This document shows positions 26,804 through 32,000 of a stretch of 32,000 nucleotides of DNA, in pieces. The DNA is from Dickeya dadantii NCPPB 898 (GTDB taxonomy: Bacteria; Pseudomonadota; Gammaproteobacteria; Enterobacterales; Enterobacteriaceae). The stretch is taken from NCBI RefSeq assembly GCF_000406145.1, contig NZ_CM001976.1, forward strand, positions 2,625,116 to 2,657,115. The letters are read 5' to 3'. A program made the translations under genes and the position numbers. The notes beneath the pieces were generated by a model, which saw only the letters and a list, made by a program, of their open reading frames with translations, searched no databases and was not told where the DNA came from. Within the stretch, counting starts at the first letter, position 1. The number at the start of each line of letters is the position of its first letter.

Positions 26804-28069
26804 TCACTTCGCCAGAACGCTGCTCAGAATCGACAGCGCCTTGCTGAACTGGGTATCCGGAATGGTCAGTGGATACAGGAAACGAATCACGTTGCCGTGC
26901 GTGCCGCAGGTCAACAACAGTAACCCCTGTTCCAGCGCCGCCTGCTGGTATTTTTTGGTGATCTCCGCGCTCGGTTTGCCGGTCTGCGGGTCGTTAAACT
27001 CCACCGCCACCATGGAGCCGCGGGCGCGAATATCCGCGATCGCCGCATTACCGGCTTTCGCTCTTTCCAGCGCTTCCACCAGTGTAGCGCCCAGACGCTG
27101 GGCGCGCTGGCACAGTTGTTCTTCTTCAATCACATCCAGCACCGCCAGCGCCGACGCCACCGCCAGCGGGTTACCGGCATAGGTGCCGCCCAGTCCGCCA
27201 GGGCCCGGCGCGTCCATCACCTCGGCGCGGCCTACCACGCCGGAAATAGGGAAACCGCCGCCCAGGCTTTTCGCCATGGTGATCAGGTCCGCTTTATCGT
27301 CGTAATACTCCATAGCGAACACTTTGCCGGTACGGGCAAAACCGGTCTGCACTTCATCGGCGATCAATAACATGCCGTACTTGTCGCACAGCTGGCGCAC
27401 GCCGCTGATGAACTCCGGCGGCGCGACATTGAAGCCGCCTTCGCCCTGAATCGGCTCCAGCAGAATGGCCGCGACCTGATCGGCGGCGATATCGGTGTGC
27501 AGCAGGCGGTCAATGCTGTCCAGCGCCTGCTCTACGGTGATGCCATGTTGAGCATTCGGGTACAGCGCATGGAAAATGGACCCGGGGAACGGGCCGAATC
27601 CAGTGGAATACGGCGCCACTTTGCCGGTCAGCGTCAGGGTCAACAGCGTACGGCCGTGGAACGCGGCGCCAAAAGCGATCACCCCTGGGCGTTTGGTATA
27701 CGCGCGGGCAATTTTCACCGCATTTTCAACCGCTTCGGCACCCGTAGTGAAGAAAGCGGTCTTGGCCGGGCCGGCGATCGGCGCCAGCGCGTTCAGGCGT
27801 TCCGCCAGCGCCACATAGCTGCCGTACGGGACGATTTGATAAGCGGTATGGGTGAATTTCTCCAGCTGTTCGCGCACCGCCGCCACCAGTTTCGGGTGAC
27901 GGTGGCCGGTGTTCAGCACCGCAATCCCGGCAGCAAAATCAATATACTCGCGCCCTTCAACATCCCACAGGGTGGCGTTCTCGGCCTTGTCGGCAAAGAA
28001 ATCGCACATGACGCCCACGCCACGCGGCGTAGCGGCCAAACGACGTTGATTCAATTCGCTGTTACTCAT
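26804..28069 (-). CDS. gabT: 4-aminobutyrate--2-oxoglutarate aminotransferase (class III)
   Basis: Collinear with E. coli GabT/PuuE (RGVG...FADKAEN..WDVEGREY.DFA.GIAVLNTGH.HPK, LIADEVQ.GF.RTG, GGLGGTYAGNP.A). ATG 28069 (MSNSELNQRR...) with a GGAG SD. The track ORF extends 27 codons further without support. Confidence 0.92.
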   Translation of the reverse strand: MSNSELNQRRLAATPRGVGVMCDFFADKAENATLWDVEGREYIDFAAGIAVLNTGHRHPKLVAAVREQLEKFTHTAYQIVPYGSYVALAERLNALAPIAGPAKTAFFTTGAEAVENAVKIARAYTKRPGVIAFGAAFHGRTLLTLTLTGKVAPYSTGFGPFPGSIFHALYPNAQHGITVEQALDSIDRLLHTDIAADQVAAILLEPIQGEGGFNVAPPEFISGVRQLCDKYGMLLIADEVQTGFARTGKVFAMEYYDDKADLITMAKSLGGGFPISGVVGRAEVMDAPGPGGLGGTYAGNPLAVASALAVLDVIEEEQLCQRAQRLGATLVEALERAKAGNAAIADIRARGSMVAVEFNDPQTGKPSAEITKKYQQAALEQGLLLLTCGTHGNVIRFLYPLTIPDTQFSKALSILSSVLAK

Positions 28070-28195
28070 TATTCTGCTCCGATTCGATGAACACACCGCC
28101 CGACGGGGGCTGACGATTAACGTTCTGATGTTGCTATTTATCCCCTGCATGGCCCTATAATCCAGAGCCAGTTTTTAATATTTGAAGGATCCACT

Positions 28196-29683
28196 TTGCG
28201 CTCACTACTGACCGATTTGCTGTTGCAGGGGCTGGAACAGCAGCAGGAAGGCACCCTCAACAAGCGGTTGTACGACACTATCCGGCTGGCGATTCTGAGC
28301 GGCGATATCGCGCCGGGGCGGCGGCTACCTTCGTCCCGCGACCTGGCGCAGCAGTTGTCGCTGTCGCGCAATACGGTGATCGCCGCCTTTGAACAATTGC
28401 TGGCGGAAGGCTATATCGAAACCCGCACCGGCAGCGGCAGTTACGTCACCGAACAGTTGCCGGACACCCACCCGCCGGATGTGCGCGACGATACCCTGTC
28501 GCCACTGCGCCCGGCGGTGCAGGAAATCTCCCGGCGCGGCATGCACCTGCTGGGCTACGCCGGTGCGTCGGCGCGTCAGTGGGGAGCCTTTATGCCCGGC
28601 ATCCCGGATATCGCCAGCTTTCCGCATGACCTGTGGCGGCGGCTGCAAACCCGGCTGTCTCGCCGCCTGAAACCAGAACAACTCTCCTACTCGCCGATCG
28701 GCGGCTGCCCGGAACTGCAACAGGCGCTGGTGGACTACCTGCGGGTGGCGCGCTCGGTCACCTGTACCCCGGAACAAATTCTGATTACCGAAGGCACCCA
28801 TCAGGCGATGGACCTGCTGGCAAAAATGCTGTGCAACCCCGGCGATCTGGCGTGGATTGAAGACCCTTGCTACTGGGGAATGCGCAACGTGTTGACCATC
28901 AACGGCTTGCGCGTCGCGCCCATCGAGGTGGATGAGCAAGGCATGGTGCCGCCGGAGGACGTCTCGCCCCAATCGGTGCCGCGGCTGATTTGCGTCACCC
29001 CGTCGCACCAGTATCCGCTGGGTGCGGTGATGAGCCTGGCACGCCGCCAGCGCCTGCTGGCACTGGCGCAGGAACACAGCAGTTGGGTTATCGAAGACGA
29101 TTACGACAGCGAATTCCGTTTTTCCGGCAGCCCCATCCCGGCGCTGCAGGGGCTGCAAACCCAACCGCCGGTGATTTACATCGGCACCTGCAGCAAAACC
29201 CTCTATCCGGGATTGCGCGTCAGTTACATGGTGCTGCCGCCGCATCTGGCGCGTGAGCTGAAAACGGCGCACGCCGAGCTATACCGGGGCGGTCACCTGC
29301 TGACACAGCTGACGCTGAGTCAGTTCATCCGCGAAGGTCACTACGCCGCCCACATCCGCCGCATGCGCTTGTTGTACGCGCGCCGTCGCGCCCTGCTGAG
29401 CGAATTGATCGTGCAGCACCTGGGCGAAGATTACCTTGGCTACAACAGTAACGCCGGTCTGCACCTGATTTTGCGGTTGCCCGACCACATCGACGATGTG
29501 GTGTTGAGCGCCCGTATTCTGCAACACGGCGTGATGGTCAAACCGCTGTCCAGTTACTATCTGCGGCCGACGCACCAGCGTGGGCTGCTGCTCGGTTACG
29601 CCAGCGTGGACGACGCCGAGATGGTGCCGGCGTTTGAGGTGATTCTTCGCTGTTTAGGCGCGCTGGAAAACGCGCGCGCCTGA
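28196..29683 (+). CDS. MocR/GabR-type regulator (GntR wHTH fused to a class-I aminotransferase-like PLP domain)
   Basis: 495 aa, TTG start with an AAGGA SD. N-terminal GntR HTH (LYDTIRLAILSGDIAPGRRLPSSRDLAQQLSLSRNTVIAAFEQLLAEGYI). C-terminal AAT fold with the PLP-lysine motif (GTCSKTLYPGLRVSYMV). Divergent from gabT, as for B. subtilis gabR-gabTD and E. coli ydcR-ydcSTUV. Confidence 0.9.
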   Translation: MRSLLTDLLLQGLEQQQEGTLNKRLYDTIRLAILSGDIAPGRRLPSSRDLAQQLSLSRNTVIAAFEQLLAEGYIETRTGSGSYVTEQLPDTHPPDVRDDTLSPLRPAVQEISRRGMHLLGYAGASARQWGAFMPGIPDIASFPHDLWRRLQTRLSRRLKPEQLSYSPIGGCPELQQALVDYLRVARSVTCTPEQILITEGTHQAMDLLAKMLCNPGDLAWIEDPCYWGMRNVLTINGLRVAPIEVDEQGMVPPEDVSPQSVPRLICVTPSHQYPLGAVMSLARRQRLLALAQEHSSWVIEDDYDSEFRFSGSPIPALQGLQTQPPVIYIGTCSKTLYPGLRVSYMVLPPHLARELKTAHAELYRGGHLLTQLTLSQFIREGHYAAHIRRMRLLYARRRALLSELIVQHLGEDYLGYNSNAGLHLILRLPDHIDDVVLSARILQHGVMVKPLSSYYLRPTHQRGLLLGYASVDDAEMVPAFEVILRCLGALENARA

Positions 29684-29893
29684 ATCCCTCGCCTGCTGTT
29701 TAACCGCTCACGTGCCGCCAAAACACGCAGCAGAAAAACCGGTGCAACCGATATCCTTCACGCCGGTTTTTCGCCGTAAAACAACGCACAATAGTGGTGC
29801 TTTTATTTAACACGCGATCACTATTTTGAGGCAAAGCCGATTTGTCGTACACCTTACTGTTCACTGCTGCTGTTCGCTTTGGCGATTTTACCG

Positions 29894-29910
29894 TTGTGCA
29901 ACATGCACAA
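29894..29910. promoter_or_regulatory. Perfect 7-bp inverted repeat TTGTGCA-aca-TGCACAA upstream of the PotA-like gene
   Basis: Read directly, ~175 bp upstream of ATG 30084. The related palindrome TGTGCACA occurs at 25178-25185 upstream of the partner SBP operon. Confidence 0.3.
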
Positions 29911-30024
29911 TAAACTACCCGCCAACGGCTAAGCCTCGGCCTGATTTTCCGCTGGCGTAAGATTCTGCATTGTTCTTTTTTGCCCTCAAAATAATAAGAA
30001 TAACTTCTCAATTAAGCATCAGGC

Positions 30025-30048
30025 ATGACTTATGCATACGTAAGTCAT
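30025..30048. promoter_or_regulatory. 8-bp inverted repeat ATGACTTA-N8-TAAGTCAT close to the PotA-like start
   Basis: Read directly. Ends 36 bp upstream of ATG 30084, in AT-rich promoter-like DNA. Candidate operator. Confidence 0.3.
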
Positions 30049-30083
30049 CAACACCGCGCTACGACACGTGAGAGAAGGGAAGA

Positions 30084-31178
30084 ATGAAAACCTACGTTAG
30101 CTTCAAAAATATTCAAAAAACCTACGATGGCGATCGTCTGGTGGTCAAAAATCTGAATCTGGATATTCAGGAAGGCGAGTTTCTGACCATGCTGGGCCCG
30201 TCCGGCTCCGGCAAAACCACCAGCCTGATGATGCTGGCCGGGTTTGAAACGCCGACGCAGGGTGAAATTCTGCTGCGCGACACCCCACTGCACAACCTGC
30301 CGCCCCATCAACGCGGCATTGGTATGGTATTTCAGAACTACGCGCTGTTCCCGCACATGACGGTGGCGGAAAACCTGGCGTTTCCGCTCTCCATCCGCCG
30401 TATGAACCGCAGCGATATCAAAGACAAAGTGGATCGGGTGCTGGACCGCGTCAAACTGACCAATCTGGCCGACCGTTACCCGGCGCAGATGTCCGGCGGT
30501 CAGCAACAGCGCGTGGCGCTGGCCAGAGCGCTGGTGTTCGAACCGCGTCTGGTGCTAATGGATGAACCGCTGGGCGCGCTGGACAAGCAACTGCGCGAGC
30601 ACATGCAACTGGAGATCAAGGAACTGCACCGGGCGCTGGAGCTCACCGTGGTGTACGTCACCCACGATCAGAGCGAGGCGATGACCATGTCGGACCGGGT
30701 CGCGGTCTTCAACGACGGGATTATTCAGCAGATGGACAGCCCCAGCGACATCTACGAACGTCCGCAGAATGCCTTCGTGGCGCAGTTTATCGGCGAAAAC
30801 AACACGCTGATTGGCACTCAGTCCGGCGGCGACGGCGACTACTATCAGGCCCAGTTGGATGACGGCACCACATTACGCGCGCTGAAAGTCCGCCCCAGCT
30901 CACCAGGCAGAAAAATCCACCTGTGCATTCGCCCGGAACGGGTAAAGGTCAACGCCAGCATGCTGCCGGACGGCGCACAGCAAGTCAGCGCTCGCATCCA
31001 GCAGTTTATCTATCTCGGCGATCATGTACGCATGATGACCGAGGTCGCCGGTCAACCGCAGTTTATGGTGAAACTGCCGGCCAGCGACGTTAACCCGGAC
31101 TGGCAAATCGGCAGCGAAATCAAGTTGTCCTGGCAGCCGGAACACCTGCGCGCGCTGGATGCCGTCACTACGCATTGA
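30084..31178 (+). CDS. Spermidine/putrescine-type ABC transporter ATP-binding protein (PotA/PotG/YdcT-like)
   Basis: 364 aa. Walker A GPSGSGKTT, signature MSGGQQQRVALARAL, Walker B LVLMDEPLGALD, and a C-terminal TOBE-like regulatory domain. GAAGGGA SD. Confidence 0.92.
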   Translation: MKTYVSFKNIQKTYDGDRLVVKNLNLDIQEGEFLTMLGPSGSGKTTSLMMLAGFETPTQGEILLRDTPLHNLPPHQRGIGMVFQNYALFPHMTVAENLAFPLSIRRMNRSDIKDKVDRVLDRVKLTNLADRYPAQMSGGQQQRVALARALVFEPRLVLMDEPLGALDKQLREHMQLEIKELHRALELTVVYVTHDQSEAMTMSDRVAVFNDGIIQQMDSPSDIYERPQNAFVAQFIGENNTLIGTQSGGDGDYYQAQLDDGTTLRALKVRPSSPGRKIHLCIRPERVKVNASMLPDGAQQVSARIQQFIYLGDHVRMMTEVAGQPQFMVKLPASDVNPDWQIGSEIKLSWQPEHLRALDAVTTH

Positions 31179-31217
31179 TCAGTCACTACGCATTGATCAG
31201 TCACTACGCATTGATAT
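31164..31217 (+). repeat. 18-bp perfect tandem triplication (GTCACTACGCATTGATCA x2 + GTCACTACGCATTGATat) re-copying the last 4 codons + stop of the ATPase gene
   Basis: Copies at 31164-31181 (contains the real stop TGA 31176-31178), 31182-31199 and 31200-31217. Confidence 0.92.
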
Positions 31218-31376
31218 TGATGATGGCGACAGACGTTGCCACCGGTTAAGCCGGCGTCAATAATAGAGGGCTAACGCTTGCTGCCCGACGCCATGCCGAC
31301 GCTGGCACGGGTAGCCGCCGGCGTTAGGTTTAACCGCCGTCCGCTACAGACAGGACGCACTACACGGAGCCTTTAT

Positions 31377-31607
31377 ATGCCACATGTTGCCATCAAGTAT
31401 TTTCCCCGCAATCTGCCGGAAACCGTCAAACAGGATTTGGCAAACGAGATCAGTGAATTACTCAAGAAGTATATGAACGCGGAAGACAAGTCGATCTCGG
31501 TGGCCTTAACCGAAGTCGCGCCGGAAAGCTGGAAAGAGGCGGTTTACGACATCGAAATCGGGCCGGAGCTGGATAATCTCACCAAAAAGCCGGGCTACAC
31601 GCTGTAA
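31377..31607 (+). CDS. pptA: Tautomerase PptA (4-oxalocrotonate-tautomerase superfamily, YdcE-like)
   Basis: 76 aa from ATG 31377 with a GGAG SD. MPHVAIKYFPR...SISVAL..V.PESW......EI.P......KKPGY is closely parallel to E. coli PptA (MPHIDIKCFPR...SISIALQQIQPESW...KKPGYSM), with the catalytic Pro at position 2. The track ORF starts 33 codons too early. Confidence 0.85.
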   Translation: MPHVAIKYFPRNLPETVKQDLANEISELLKKYMNAEDKSISVALTEVAPESWKEAVYDIEIGPELDNLTKKPGYTL

Positions 31608-31701
31608 CGACAACGCCTGAAGCAGGTTATCGGCGCTCAAAGGCGGAACAGTGTGATCACCGATCGCTGTGCCCTGAATAATCTGTGTTGCCCCGTCAAA
31701 G

Positions 31702-31724
31702 ACAAGGCTCATGACGAGCCTTGT
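31702..31724. other. Perfect 9-bp hairpin (ACAAGGCTC-atgac-GAGCCTTGT) in unassigned DNA
   Basis: Read directly. Only a 3-T run follows on the minus strand and none on the plus strand, so terminator status is unclear. Confidence 0.3.
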
Positions 31725-32000
31725 AACACAACTGCCCTATCTGTGATTCGCCGCGCCACGGCTTCGTTATTGCTCGTTCTGCGCCATGAAAGCGGCCTTC
31801 CACATTGTTTAGCATTTCCATCAGTCTGTTCAGTTAGTCGCTCCTGACCCCATGGATTCCCCCGGTGAATCTTATGGGCCAGGGACGTCTGCAACCATTG
31901 CGGATCTGACCGTACGCCAGACCATGAATATGGCTCATGTTGTAGTGAAATTAAGTCTCTTTCACTCATCCACTAACTCTGGCATAAAATATGCTAAATT

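Noticed and set aside
28131-28161. Sigma-70 promoter for the MocR regulator (TTGCTA ... TATAAT at 28156-28161)
   Set aside because: The -10 hexamer is perfect, but the spacer to the best -35 is 19 nt. There is not enough support to annotate it without TSS data.
29951-29970. Second sigma-54-like element (CTGGCGTAAGATTCTGCAT) upstream of the PotA-like gene
   Set aside because: The GG...GC spacing is 11 nt instead of the invariant 10, so it is unlikely to be functional.
29700-30011. 103-aa minus-strand ORF between the MocR regulator and the PotA-like gene
   Set aside because: It lies in AT-rich promoter-like DNA, is Cys/Arg-rich, has no SD and shows no similarity to anything I recognise.
31740-31960. 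CsrB/RsmB-type sRNA or TPP/cobalamin riboswitch on the minus strand (several GGA motifs; a GGGGT...CTGAT.GGAAATGC resemblance to the THI box)
   Set aside because: The GGA motif density is far below CsrB/RsmB. The THI-box resemblance lacks the CUGAGA and ACCC elements and is too short. No B12 box is present.

Overview
32-kb, high-GC (by eye about 55-60%) gamma-proteobacterial chromosome segment. Close similarity to E. coli/Salmonella proteins plus an Hrc-type T3SS gene suggests a soft-rot Pectobacteriaceae (Dickeya-like) host; this is inference only. Gene order: 3' end of T3SS hrcU/sctU; an OsmC-family protein; sbmA; a long non-coding spacer with a short ERIC element; two tandem paralogous methyl-accepting chemotaxis proteins (divergent ~250-aa periplasmic sensors, almost identical signalling domains, xWxxF tails). 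Next comes a polar-amino-acid ABC transporter cluster (SBP, 2 permeases, ATPase), interrupted by an antisense MmgE/PrpD-family gene and followed by a class-IV-aminotransferase-fold gene that appears to lack the PLP lysine and glutamate. Then a DeoR-associated divergent operon (IMPase-family phosphatase, MFS transporter, Cof/HAD phosphatase); a 5'-degraded fhuA-type TonB-dependent receptor preceded by a decayed in-frame echo of its own barrel; and an AT-rich islet with one orphan lipoprotein gene. The window ends with a polyamine/GABA locus (PotF/D-like SBP + 2 permeases, gabD, gabT, divergent MocR/GabR-type regulator, physically separated PotA-like ATPase) and the pptA tautomerase. I found no rRNA/tRNA, CRISPR array, transposase/integrase, prophage or recognisable defence/toxin-antitoxin module, so I cannot point to a clear new multi-gene system. 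The most unusual signals are structural: the fhuA 5' mosaic (17.9-18.6 kb vs 18.9-19.7 kb); a recurring set of 18-bp tandem triplications, several re-copying a gene's last codons plus stop codon; and the Lys/Glu-less class IV enzyme in an orphan catabolic-looking cluster. All coordinates and identities were derived by eye; no database search or computation was possible.
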